Of a DNA stretch of 64,000 bases, positions 26,047-38,830 are shown piece after piece. Location of the stretch: the NCBI GenBank assembly GCA_002633005.1, contig NMRA01000400.1:355421-419420 (forward strand), in the 5' to 3' direction. A model generated the notes under the pieces. It made no database searches. It had not been told where the DNA came from and saw only the letters and a program-made list of their open reading frames with translations. Both the position numbers and the translations under genes were made by a program. The first letter of the stretch is position 1, and each line of letters begins with the position of its first letter. The DNA is from Phoronis australis (Eukaryota > Animalia > Phoronida).

Positions 26047-26396
26047 GTTAAGCGTACGAGGATAGAACAACTATCAAACACTCCACATGGTCCGTGTCGG
26101 GTCACGGAAGCCCCAAAGCAGGTAGGCCTGAAAATACGATGAGGCCAATAGAGAGTCGTAATGCTCAACGCCGGTAAAACCGGGCAAGGTGTGGCCCGCC
26201 GAGTCACACAGAGTCGGTGAGGTTAAGCGTACGAGGATAGGACAACTATCAAACACTCCACATGGTCCGTGTCGGGTCACGGAAACCCCAAAGCAGGTAG
26301 GCCTGAAAATACGATGAGGCCAATAGAGAGTCGTAATGCTCTGCGCCGGTAAAACCGGGCAAGGTGTGGCCCGCCGAGTCACACAGAGTCGGTGAG
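26047..26396. repeat. 175-bp tandem duplication in the DIRS 5' region
   Basis: gttaagcgtacgaggatag...cacagagtcggtgag starts at 26047 and 26222, with only a few substitutions. Confidence 0.92.
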
Positions 26397-26919
26397 CTCG
26401 GTCGTCCAAAAACTTCCAAGATGATTATATAGGATAAGAAGAAAATGCTCAGTAGCAAAGAGTTATGCAATTGAGCGTGGTCGCGGTGTAACTTGCGCGA
26501 AAAAACCTTCCAAAGGAAAAACACGTCTTCCTCCAGAAGATAAGTCCGTGGAATGGTTCGCTTTGCGCATGTCCGTATCTCATGGTAGTACTCGGGGGAA
26601 TTCTGGGAGGAATAAAATCGACGTTTCCATTGAGTTTATAGCAAAGTGGAACGGAAAATTTTGAAAATACTTTCAAGTTCTCTGTCGAGTAAATGGATTT
26701 AGGAGGTGATGATATAGGAGCATCATTTTTTAAATTATCGTGACCCATTTACATCAACCTCTAGCCTTTTTATATTGAATACCTTTGATTTACTCGAGTT
26801 ATCCGACTAAAATATCTGATTGGTCTTTTATGTTGACATTCAGTTCACAGCCCAATCATAAGTCCTAGCCACTTGTCCCATTAAACCAGCGAATTCAATT
26901 CAGTGCAGGTATTTGCACG

Positions 26920-27995
26920 ACGTTACGATTCGTCCATTCGCCCTCAAATTGAGGTGTCCCGGCGTTCTAAGAACAAGTATGGGTATCTGGTACACTTGTG
27001 TTGGTCAATGATAAGCAATTCGTTGGAACAATTCATTTTCTTGATATGCTGTGGGATTTGGTTCCGTGGAAAGTACACCATTCTAGTTACACTTAGGCCG
27101 TCCTTATTGTAGTAGTAGGGGTGGCCAGGAGAGCGTACCGTAAATGTCTTCCGAGAAAAGCAAGGTCTTACAAGGCATTGCAAAAACAAGAGAGTAAAGA
27201 GCAAGTGTTTTTTTTTTCGAAAATACTCAGGAGGTTACTAACATTTCCTAATTTTTCACCACATTAACAAGATATTTGATGGATGGCATTCTGTTATTTC
27301 ACATGTATGTTTTGGATTTGACTTTACGTCCAATACCACTGAGTACTGAGAATAAGCACCATTTTCAAAAGTGCTTATTGTTGAACACTACGGGCGCACC
27401 AGATATCCGTGATCGGTCTTTAAATGACACAGTAAAACCGGGAGGTGTCCGGAAAATGACCGACTGAAACATGGTGCCAATGCACATAGGCCACTAGGGT
27501 TTAGACACGAAGAAAAAAGCTCCCCTCAGCCGACGGCAAGTTTGCTCATAAGTAAGGGTCCAACCCGACAAAACTGGTTCCTCAGTCAAAAAGCAATCCC
27601 TTTCAATCCAACCGGGTCGGTATTATTCTTACAAAATTTCAAAATGAAGAAGAAACAAAAAACACAAGGTCGAGGAATCCTTAAAAGATATCCTCACGCT
27701 GGTCACACTGACCAATCAATCTAGGAGAGGGAAGGGGGGGGGGGGGNGGGCAACCGCGAGTACCAGGGCGGAAAATAACCGTGTGCAGGACCGTGGGAAG
27801 TCCATGCAATATCACTGCCAATAATAATCCTTTGTCATCACAAAATTGGTGGTTATCATCTGTCATTCGTAAAAATGTTAAGGCGCCGGCTGTTTCTATA
27901 GCCACACATGGCCATTTCAAATCTACGTCGTCAAATTTTAGCATGCGATTTGATTTGTAAAGCAAACATTTCTGAACAAACTATTGACGTTATAT
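26920..27995 (-). pseudogene. Degenerate remnant of a gene with repeated CUB-like extracellular modules (tentative)
   Basis: Minus-strand peptide pieces in different frames: RMLKFDDVDLKWPC..ALTFL...NHQFC..LHTVIFRPGTRG..VRISFKD; NQFC...FQSVIFRTPPGFTVSFKD; TVRSPGHPYYYN..NCSNELLII. There are stops and frameshifts. Confidence 0.35.
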
Positions 27996-29919
27996 TTCTG
28001 TCAATTTTCCTATTCTTCATGCAAGTAGCCCACGAAGCATAATTCTTTCAAAATGAAAGGGATAAAAACATTATTTACGACATTTTAATTTCAAAGTTTC
28101 TGAATACAGTGACGCTGTGAAGACTTATGCTTCGGCTTTGGATGTAACTAATTGGACGGGATGTTCTTTTGAGCGGCGATTTACTTGAAAACGGACACTT
28201 AACCGCGTAACTTAGCGAATAGGAATGTAAGCGGGAGCGAAGAAAAGTGGCGTCATATGCAGATTGAAGTAAAGTAAAGCGAGGTAATTTGTCGTTTTTA
28301 CTTTACAAACAAATCTATATAAAGTATGGAGCCCATTTAAAGAGCTTTGTTTCACAAGAGAGTCTTCGGAAATACCCCCAACCTGTAAAATGAACCCCTT
28401 CGTAGATGGGGATTATGGTCGTGAAAAAATAGTCACGTGACCTTCTGTAAAAAAAGTACTTCGACATACGCATTTTGATACGGTAACTAGTGGTGCAGCT
28501 TCTCTTCTTGGTAAATCGTGTACAGAACTTTGGTTATATATATGTATACGCCCATAACCGAGATTTTCAAGATGTTATCCTGAGCTGGGTTTTCCCAGGC
28601 AACTGTCCCAGTGATTTGGCTCTTGCCTACCAGCAACGTGATTTTTAGGGAGAGCAAATGCAATCCGAAATTTAAATTACATAAACATTTTTCTCCCTTG
28701 GAAAGTTTATTTCAATTGGAGTTTTGACATTCGCTATCAAAACTAATGCAACTGTATGTTTTAACTCACTCAAGCATTTTTAATTGATGGCTGTTTTTCA
28801 AAACCAGATTTCGGTTTCACTTCCCGATGAGAACGTCAATGTAATAAATTACTTTGCTGTCCCTCTTTATGTAAACCTAAATAAAATTGTCACTGCATTT
28901 CTTATTTGCACATTCATTACTCACTTTCTACAACCAATTTCCTCAATATAAAATGGCCCCTTGCCACACTTTTTCTGACCTACGAAATGTCGTAATTACC
29001 CGTGACATCTGATTTGATAGTTCTCGTTCAACTGACTCGCGGTCGAGCCGATCTCGACACCTAGTGACTGCTCCAAGTTCATCGCGAAACCTTCTTTCTG
29101 CTTTCGTTAGCTACAAATGTGTTCAGGCCAGGCATGACAGAACCATTCTTAACCAGTTAAGCGGGGAAGTTGGAAGAAAATCGCACAGGGTTTTCGTACA
29201 ATTAAAGGAACGCAGCACCAAAACACATGGCTAAAATTACATATACCTTGACTGTGAGACTCGGTTAGAAACGAATAGCATCCCAAAGGAAATGGCAAAA
29301 TTTTGGCAAACGTAAAATCAATAATTGTAAAATGCCGAAAAGACAATGTACTCTTAAAATCCTAAGGATAGTATTTCCTTAGAAGATGTTTATTTGGAAA
29401 CCATTTTTATGGTCCAGCACTCGCCGTGTGGCCAAATCAAATTACTGGACGTCTTAAAACCTGTTTTTTTTCATTTCGGGATCTCAATTTGCTCAACACG
29501 GAGACGACAGTTGAAACAAAAGAGTCTAAATTCAATTGTAAGTAAAGATTTCTACATTCTTATGTAATGCATAACAAAACTAAAATGACACTGTAGCAGG
29601 CTAACATTGTAACTTTTAAGGAAAAGGACTGGTTACGATACGTTTTATCTCGTACTCGTAATCTAGAAATTGTAAATATCTGTACAAACATCATTCTTGT
29701 GGAATTTAGAAGGTACTCACTTTTCCGATCTGGAGTGCGCGCTCAATGACCAATTACTATCCCACATTCAGTGTCATGGAGAAACCTGCCTTCTAGGCGA
29801 CAATGTACATGACGTTTGTCCATCATTTTGTTTCGAATTACCAACCGCCCATTTACTACTTTGAAAGACTACGTTGTTAAGTTGATGAATCTGATAGTAT
29901 TGGTCCTGCTAAGAATACA

Positions 29920-30117
29920 ATGCTGGAATTTTTTCACTGCTGTGTAGTGGGATGTACTAATGCCTTACAAAAGGGACAAACATTTTGAAATGTCAAGTGA
30001 TGAACGAGAACATCATGTTCCATACATTTCCCACTGCGAACAAGTATCAGCTGACAAAGCCAGTTGCTGCAGCTGAGAAATCGTGAGAGTTTCGATCCCA
30101 GCCGGTATCAAAAAGCT
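29920..30117 (+). pseudogene. THAP zinc-finger remnant
   Basis: ATG at 29920 gives MLEFFHCCVVGCTN followed by a stop. Later frames read FHTFPT and LRNRESFDP, matching the THAP N-terminal pattern; the C-terminal CxxH was not seen. Confidence 0.55.
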
Positions 30118-30376
30118 AAAATATATTAATAAACTTATAAGACAACGGGAAAGGTGTAATTCATTCCTCTGGTTTTAAATTAATGAACCACTGTGTAGTA
30201 ATTTAATTTTTGTCCAACAAATCTGAGTCGGAATCAAATGGAAGCCACTTTCGTGCTATCACTACTCTAGAGAGCATCATTATGAAAAGCTCCCCATCCT
30301 ATAGGTTAATTATTTAGATAAACACAGTTGTAATCCTACCAAGAGATGAGTTTCACAACTCCTGTGTCCGTAGTGT

Positions 30377-32210
30377 TTACTGGAGTCCAAAATCCGCGTA
30401 CTTGAATACTTTCACGTTGCCAGTTTTTTCCTCCAACACGGCAACTTCACCAAGACCAGTAAAAACAAGACCAGAAAGACGGCTGACCCCATTACGTACT
30501 ATGACATGGGCCTCCTCTAACTGACCTGACATTATCACAGTTTGGTCTTCATGTGTCTTACTACGGACAGCAACCAGAATATATCCCCACTCATCAATAC
30601 AAATTTCATAAGGAGGTCCGGCTAGTGGTCACTGGTTTTGATTATGGTTGGCTGTTTGTAATCAATCTTGTGTACACAATTTTCAAAGTGGTCATCAACC
30701 ACCAAATGTCTCTCACTGTCAATGCACACGTACCGAGGTTTGAAAGTGCGCATTTCAAGTGTCTCTTTTGCTGACCTTTTTAGCATTGTTATATTCAGAA
30801 TCAACAATAAGTACCCGGCTACCATTGGGATCTGTCACAACAAGTGTATGGTCGCGTCATGCCATAAAATTCCAATCTCCACTGTAGATCTTTGATTCAC
30901 CCTTTTTCAGGTGCAGGCCTCTCTTGCTGTACTTCAACACACCGTGACGAATATTTCCCCTTTCTCATTACACTTTACATCTATTGGAAAATCTAGATTA
31001 TGTTTATCTTGATTCACTTCGAATTTAAAATTCCAGTTTCACTGCAGAATATTTTCACCTTTGTTTCACTGGTAGGGACGAACCATTTGCCATTAACTGC
31101 CAGTCCACAGCACTGGCCAGGTGTATTTTCTCCTTCAATGAGTGTTTCGACGCAACTCATTTGTGAAGCTGTTTCTCCCACAACTAGTTCTCTAACTTCC
31201 TTCACATATGACAAAAACCTTTGCTATTTCTCAAATTCGGCCATCACAACCATCTCTAAACTGGGCATCTCCAAGTTTTCAGGGTACAACTGGACTACAG
31301 GCTCGATCACTTCATTTTCCACTTTTTGAATACTCAGCTCCTCAAGACGATCTTGAAACTTGCAATTTTTCCATATCTTGAGCCGAGTCTAGAAGAGTTT
31401 TGGGGGGCATCTTAAAGTTACCTTGTACAAAGTTTTGGTACGTTTTGCTTCTCTATATGCCATTTGAGCTTGCTCTCGGGCAGTGTTGACCTGCCAGACA
31501 TCGCTTGTCTCGCCTTATCGTAAATGTCCTTTACCAATCTATTTTCAAAATCCGTGAACTTCTGTTGTATATCAGTTGGCCTTCTTGTCCTTTAAGACTG
31601 CTCAAGACCTTCTTTCGTTCAAGTGACAACTTTTCACAATGTTCCGTTGTCAGCTTCAGTTCTTCAAACAGTCTTCTCGTGGCGTCAGCAGCCTTCGTTA
31701 CAGACTGTTCTATTCTGTTGCTTGTGTGCTGGTCGTTGTTACCCATTAGACATAAAGGGCACAGTGATCTGCCGCAATCTTCATAGAAAACCTCAGTTTC
31801 TTTCGTCGGATGCTCACGACAGTAAATCTGTGGAATTTGACGAATTGCATCAATGTGTTTACCGACATCTTCCAAACTGATCGTGGTGTGGTTGTAAGTT
31901 GAACGAGTGAAGCAGTGACTCCGGGCGCATTCCTGACAAAGATACGTCCGACAGTAAACACACAAGGTATATCCGTGATCGTCAAAACAATGAAGCTTGC
32001 AAATTTCACACTTCTCATCTGGTGAGCGATCGGAAATATGTTACTAATGATTTCGAGGTTCGTGTTACGTTTGATGCCTGCCACGCTGTCTTGAGCGTCG
32101 CAAACTGGACAAGAAACAGAGCCGTTCCGTTGATTTTTTCAATGTGCCACCCAAGATATCCTCCACAAAACAAGTGCAGGTATGGCAACATCCGCGGTTC
32201 TCTAAGTCTC
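30377..32210 (-). pseudogene. TRIM-NHL pseudogene, paralogue of 18171-20126
   Basis: Colinear nucleotide similarity from the stop region (tggagtccaaaatccgcgtacttgaa in both) to the RING (RLREPRMLPYLHLFCGGYLG vs RLKNPRMLKCLHSFCGRCLG). It has many frameshifts, stops and lost Cys ligands, and the N-terminus is missing at the LINE junction. Confidence 0.92.
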
Positions 32211-33574
32211 TAGATGTTTACTGTTTTGTAAAGGCAGTTAAGATAACATGGATGCGTAGGTTCTTAAAAGCCACAAATTCTACAGCATGGTTAAATCTCC
32301 TCTTAAACTCTGATTTGATATCATCGGAGTGTCTAACATTTGGGAACTATTTCTACAAATATGCAGCATCTCAAACTGAGAACCTTTTTGGAAGGAACTA
32401 TTTAACTTTCTGTATGATTTTCCTAATATAATGGATCAGGAAGAAATACCATGTCAGCCAATTTGGTATAACACTAATGTATTGATTGGTGGAAAAACTG
32501 TGTTTTGGAGAAGATGGTTTGAAACGGGTGTTTATTATACCTCAGACCTACTAGACGAGCATGGATATTTGTTATCTTTTGAAGATTTTTGCAAAAAGTT
32601 CAATTTAGACCAATATTTTTGAATTTTTATGGGCTCAAAGAGGCTGTTTGTCAAAAATGGAAAATCTCAAAAAGAGACAAATTTTCCTTCTATGCACCCT
32701 CTATCCCAATTTTTGTGAAATTATTACTTGCAGACAAAAAGGGCACAAAACATATATACAACAATTGTGCTAAACAAATGTGCCAGGCCTTGGTCTGAGA
32801 TGAGGTGGCAGGCAGAACTTGCAATACCAGACACTATTGAATGGTGGAAAAATGCCTACTTTGTGAACTTTACACTTGATGTGAAACTTCGCTGGTTTCA
32901 ATTTAGACTGTCACATAGGAAAATTAGCTGTAACTCTTATCTTGTCAAAATCGGGGTAAGTAACATCCCCTTGTGTACGTTTTGTAAGAGTGAACCTGAG
33001 ACTTTGCTTCACTTATACTGGCAATGTGATGTTGTTCAAAATTTTTGGAACAATGTTGAAGATTGTGTTAGAAAAAACCCCCAATATTTCCCTAGGTACA
33101 AATGTGCTTACAGTTTTCTTTGGAAACAGATGCAGAAGGCAGCCAATTCAAAATTTAATCTTGTGTCTCTGCAAGTTCCATTTATATAAGCAACGTCTCA
33201 AGGGTAAATCTCCAAATTTAATTGTATTAACAAAAGAAATTAACAGTTATTACTCCTGTGAAAAACATATTTATTCAAAAAAAATTACAAATGGAAAAAA
33301 ATACAAACAGGTGGTCACAAATGCATAATTTAATAGCAATGTAAGGATATTTCATCATTCCAAAATAATCTCTCCCCTTTTCAGAGCCATATACTACTAC
33401 ACTGTCTTGTATGTTTTTTTTCTTTTTCTTAAATGTATTTCAAAAATACGGTTCCAGTATACATTTAACTTAGTGAACTTTATTTTCATTGAATTGTAAA
33501 GTAAGGCAAGGGAACCCCAGACCTTTGTCCTTACTTATGTTGAACTGAGAGAATAAAAAATTTAAAAAAGAAGA
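32209..33574 (+). mobile_element. 5'-truncated L1/Tx1-like non-LTR retrotransposon
   Basis: LDVYCFVKAVKITWMRR; QPIWYNTNVLIGGK; LRWFQFRLSHRKI..N.YL.KIG...LCTFCKSEPETLLHLYWQC..FW (zf-RVT-like); 3' UTR with aataaa and an A-rich tail at ~33552-33574. Confidence 0.85.
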
Positions 33575-36500
33575 ATCGCGGGTAGAAGAAATTGCCTGCA
33601 AGTGTTGCATCACCAGAGACGGTGACTAGCAAGTACACTGTCGCTATACAGTGTGTGTAGTTCGAAGATTCCCCAACAGGACAGACATCCAACAATTGAA
33701 GAGTCCTAGCTTGGATAGCAGATAAGACATTTGATTGTTTTGGTTGTTTGATTAAAGTAATCTTTAAAGAGGGCGCTAGTGTAGTTACTCTTTGTAGTTG
33801 ATAACTTAATTAACAATAGGTTTCATTTGTCTAATTGGGGGTTATCATATAATAAATTAATTACTGGATTTTATTATTCACTCTCCATCTACGCATAATC
33901 TCAATGCATAGCTACCTTTTAAACAAACCCACAGTCAATCTCTGACAGCTAGGTAATACATGGACAGGGGCACAGGACAAAATTTCTCTCCCAATCCAAA
34001 TCGTGCAGCAACAGCTTTGGGTCCACGCACAACTTGAACGGCGTGCGCCCGTCAGGTACAATACGTACACTGTACAAGAACGCCTGCAATCATGAATTAT
34101 CTTTATTATTTTCACGTGAAAATAAAAAGCATCTTCTCAGCGTTAGTCCCACTAAGTGCCACATTGACGAATAGTCGGCAAACCGCGTTCGCCATTAGCG
34201 AAATATATTTCGCCCGAGAAGCCAGCTGGTAGTGTTGTCAAGGCAACCATGCGTAAAACCAAAGTTTCAGAAATATCATGACAAAATGCTTAGGCATTTC
34301 TCTTGTTACTATTTTGACGAAAGGTGAATGAGTCAAAGTCCCAGAGCCAAGTACACTGAGTAAACTCTCGTAATTTTTTTTTTCATTTGGGCCATACACA
34401 TGTAGGATGAGACGTCCATAGCAAATAATACAAGCACAAGATTTTTCCCTCAGCCGGTCTACCCCTATAGTTGGTTTCAATGATTGTGCAGCATCCTGTT
34501 CTACGTGAACCTCTAACAATGCGATCAACCGACATTGCTACCATTGTTGATTTATGCATTCATTCCTAAAATTAGTGTATTTGAATAGTAACAAAGCGTT
34601 GATTTTATCACTCTGTTGCACCTGCTAGATCGGATATCAACAAAGTGAATTTGATATTTGAAAACAATCTATTCTAATTAGAGACTCATAAATGAAAGCA
34701 TCCCAACACAAAATACATCAATCTAGTGAATATTATCGTATTCAAAGTACGTCTCTGATCTTTCGCTTTGTCACTCTAGGTTGACATAAAAAGAGGTGCA
34801 TCAAGTTCAAAATGAAGAAAAATTACACACATTTCCCCATAAATAATGATAAAAACCACTTTGATTTAAAACAACCAACGTTATGCGGTTTTTATTGAGC
34901 AATTTTGTGAATTCGATACATCAAACCACAATAATATTGACTTCAAACATACTCACTCCATGGTGATCTTTTTGAAAAAGTAACAATAACAAAAAATGGC
35001 CCGGTTGTAGGAATCAAGCCTCACTCTTTTCCGGTTTTATAAGATTATACACTCCTTCTCTCTCTCCGAAGTTGCTCTTTTTAAAAGACAGGGTCTTGGC
35101 AAATTCCCCTTTGTCTCCTTTATGATTCCAGAATTAATATCTTGTCTGTATTGAACAGAAATATAATTTTGCACAATTAATGCAAGACTAGTTATTGCAG
35201 TAACTCACACTAGAATCTCATTGAATTGGTACATCAATCACCAAATTCCACTGGCTGTAAATGTAAACAAATTTATGAGGGGTTCGCACTCATGTTGCAG
35301 ACATGTCCATTTTACAAAATTCAGAAGTCAAGAACGCTTTCGTTACACGTCGAAACTGTCTCAGCCTAGATCGAAGCCTTCTGAAGTTTTTGAGAGTCCG
35401 CCATCTTGGGTCTAATCGTGACAAAGCAATAGGTTTTGAGAAATGAAGGAGTTACAAGTTGTGTCTGAACTTATGTAGATCCCAAAAAATACGACTTCAC
35501 TGCTGCCTGTGATCTACCTAGCAATGTTGGACAATGTGCCATCTCGAAAACGACGAGGACCTCTAATGAGACTGAGTGAGTTAGAAAAAAGTATTATGAT
35601 TCGAAATGAAAATGCTGTAAAAGAAAGCAACTATGACAGCCTCCTGATAATGTTTACCTGCTCCAACATTGCTTAAACGATAGTCTAACTTATCAAGTTT
35701 TATACTGTATCGGTAAGCTAACACATGGAAAACAAGAATTTCTTTATACTTGCAAAATGAAACCGTCGAAGGCATCTACATTTCGGAATTTGCACTGGCC
35801 TATCTTCTGTAGACTACAGTGGCCCTTGTTTTTGTACTATTCCAATCAAGGTCTCAATACATATTGCTTGTAAGTTCTTGAGAAAGTTGGACATTTACCT
35901 TAGTATACGAAACAGATGCAGAATTCCACCCGATGGTACAGAAACCTATTTATCTTATGACACGAAAGATTCACCCACAAAACAAATCTAAAAGATTTCA
36001 GTCATCCTTAAAGAAAACCCCCACTAAGATGCAATCATACACTGTTATCTTTTACTTAGCAACGCCAGCTATTAATCAAATGTCCGATTTAAGATTTATA
36101 TTTATGTTATGGCAACAGTGTTGCTACGAAGAGTTTTTTGTTAACTTTAGGTCGAGGGACAAAGCTTAGAGCTAATAGTCTAGACTCATTTCCTGAAAAG
36201 AGCCCTGTATAAGGTTCTAGAAGCATTTTTTAGTAAAAGTTGGGAACAAGACTTTTTCACACAATCAAGGTATGGCAAATTCAACTTACCCTGTTCCCAC
36301 GCCGAATTTTGCATTTTTGACCATCTAATTTGCATAAACAAAATGGCGGCCAAATTGTCAAGTTCAGATGTATTTTTGTAATAGAAATCACCATATACCA
36401 TTCAAAATGGTGAAATGTCTCACCTGCACACTTCTAATAAATACTTCTTGAGCAATACATCACTTATGAATACTAAAAAATGCAATTCTGAAAACTAATT

Positions 36501-38204
36501 ATGCAAATTAGGTGCCGCCATTACCATACATTGTAATTTGCGTCTTAAGTTTGTGTTCCTGCAGGCTAACTTGAAAAATGAGTTGTTTATACTTATATTT
36601 TCATGGTCAACAAACATGCTAAAGACATTTTGGAGCAATTTATTTCATATTTATTGGGTTATAGATGTATACTTTCAGAATGTGGAAAAAATAGTCATTA
36701 ATCTGCAATGCTCGTCAAGCAAGGTGTCACTAGTTTGATGGAATATAGGACAAATGTTCACACTATCCCGTTATCTTCCATTCATAAAAAATCAATATAG
36801 TTATTGTTATTGAAGACATTAAATTCTCAGTTGCATGAATTATTTTCAGGCCTGCTGAACACAGCTTTAGCATTCACTTTTTGGTACTTTTTAACTTGCC
36901 TAAACCAGGCAAATCAAACTGTTTGCATACAAGGAATGTGCTGCTGGCATGAGCATAATGATATGCATTGTCTGCTGTTGCGTTGTTTCTGGCATGCACA
37001 CAATACCATCTCTAGGAAGCTGTCTGGGATAGAACTCTGTGTCATCAGTATGGGCTGCAAGCATAAGTTTGTGTGTGTTCCTCCCATATCAGAGGGTGCT
37101 GGGAGCTCAGGTATGGAACAATGATCATTTCGCCATACCTTGACCTGATAGTGCACTCTCATCAGATGGAAACAGCGGGCATTATGGGTGAGGGGGAAGG
37201 ATTTCTGGGTTCACGGGCTTGGAGAATAGTAAATGGCGTGCTACATCTACAGGTCGTGTTGTATATTCTGCAGTCAAATACTTCTGAAGCCATCGTAATT
37301 TGCTCAGTGATTTCACCAATGCATGGGTTCTTAAGCAATCTGTGATACTCTAGGAACACCTTCCATGATGATTGGCAAAGTACGAGTTGGTGCCAAACCC
37401 GGTCACGGCATGAAAAGCAAACAAGGATGTTGCTGAGTCTCTTAGTAGTTTGTTGAAAAGTGCTTCAATAGGTATATATAGTCATTTCTTTGATGTGCCT
37501 GACATACAGATATGCCCACTTTGCATTTGTTGGAAGTGCGATACCAGAAACAATAGAACATCGGGTGTCCCTGGAAATACGACTGACTGTGGAGAGCATG
37601 CAGTACCAGTCTTGGATCTGCTTCTTCATGTGTGGATTTCAGAGTCCTCAAATCAGTCATATCCTTAGATGATTTAATTTACCTCCAGCTCATCTTTGAA
37701 CCCTCCTGCAACCATAAACTCTTTATCTTCAGGCGTTTACAAACACAATTCCTCTGACAAGAAATGTGCTAGGTCTTCTTTATTCTCAGCCAGTGCCCGT
37801 AAATTTGACCAGTTTTGAGGAAGAGATACACCACGGCCTTCCAAAAATCACCTGATTTTCTGTATTCCTTTACTAAGCTGTTTTCCTGTTGTGTATGTCA
37901 CAGTTTCTTGTCTGTATCTGTCAAATACAATGTCAATTTTATGATATCGAAATCCTGTGTTTAGCACTGTTTTCATGAATGAATCAGTCAGGTTCTCGAA
38001 GGTCACATCACCATCAAGCTTCCCAAGAGCTACCAGCAATGCTTCGCCATCAAAAATGAGGCAAAAGAGTTCTGTACTAAATAAATATGAGCTCTGCCCC
38101 AGAAATCGCTTTCGCATCATATCCAGGTTCTCGTTCACTCCTTTGCATACACACTAGTAAGACTGAGCTCACAGGAGTAGGAGACACAGTTGTGCTATGC
38201 TCGA

Positions 38205-38285
38205 ATGTCTACCACCAAAACCAGGATTCGAATCGAGTCTCCCAAACGTGAGCCGGAGCTGAAACCTCTGAGCTACGCCGACTTC
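38205..38285 (-). mobile_element. tRNA-derived SINE head (or tRNA pseudogene)
   Basis: Minus strand gtcggcgtagctcagagg (A-box-like) ... gattcgaatcctgg (B-box-like); no complete cloverleaf. Confidence 0.5.
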
Positions 38286-38675
38286 TGTACTTACAAGTTG
38301 TGCACCTACTGTAGTTGCAAAAGTTTGTCTTCAATTCTTTTCAATTTATGTCTGTCTCGAGGTTTTCTATCAAAGAGTTGATCAAGTGTTGTTGACGATC
38401 GCACAACACCATTTAGAGGTTGACACAAATGGATGATGGTCGTATAAGTGATAGAAGCCCTGTAATAATAATAGGTTAGATGCCTCATGTTATCCCAAGC
38501 ACGACTTATAAGGTTAAGTGCAACAATTTTGTCCTATTCAGGCCACAATATGACAGACATTTGAAATTTTGTTTTGACAAAATTTTCAGCAGAAATAAAT
38601 AAAATTTATACAAAATTTACTCAGACTGGTATTAACCGAGTGTGTAGGTGTCACAAAATGGCATTTTGATTATTA

Positions 38676-38830
38676 CCGTAAACTCAGGGGTTAATGCCCT
38701 GGGCACTCAAATTGGGAAACCCTGAGATGGGGTTGGCGATTACCCAAGCAATGGGCGCTAAACGGGAAATTGGCAAAAAGTTGGGAGTGAGCGATTACCT
38801 GGGCATGGGTGTTAACCCACGAGTTTACAG
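38676..38830. mobile_element. ~155-bp MITE
   Basis: TIRs ccgtaaactcaggggttaatgccc and gggtgttaacccacgagtttacag. Confidence 0.6.

Larger units (their letters stand above)
21307..26618 (-). mobile_element. Full-length DIRS1-type tyrosine-recombinase retrotransposon (defective)
   Basis: Inverted terminal repeats at 26551-26618 and 21307-21421; internal complementary region 21474-21596 complementary to both termini; shared ATT at both ends and at the ICR junction with no TSD; gag, RT, RNase H, MT and YR coding remnants. Confidence 0.95.
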
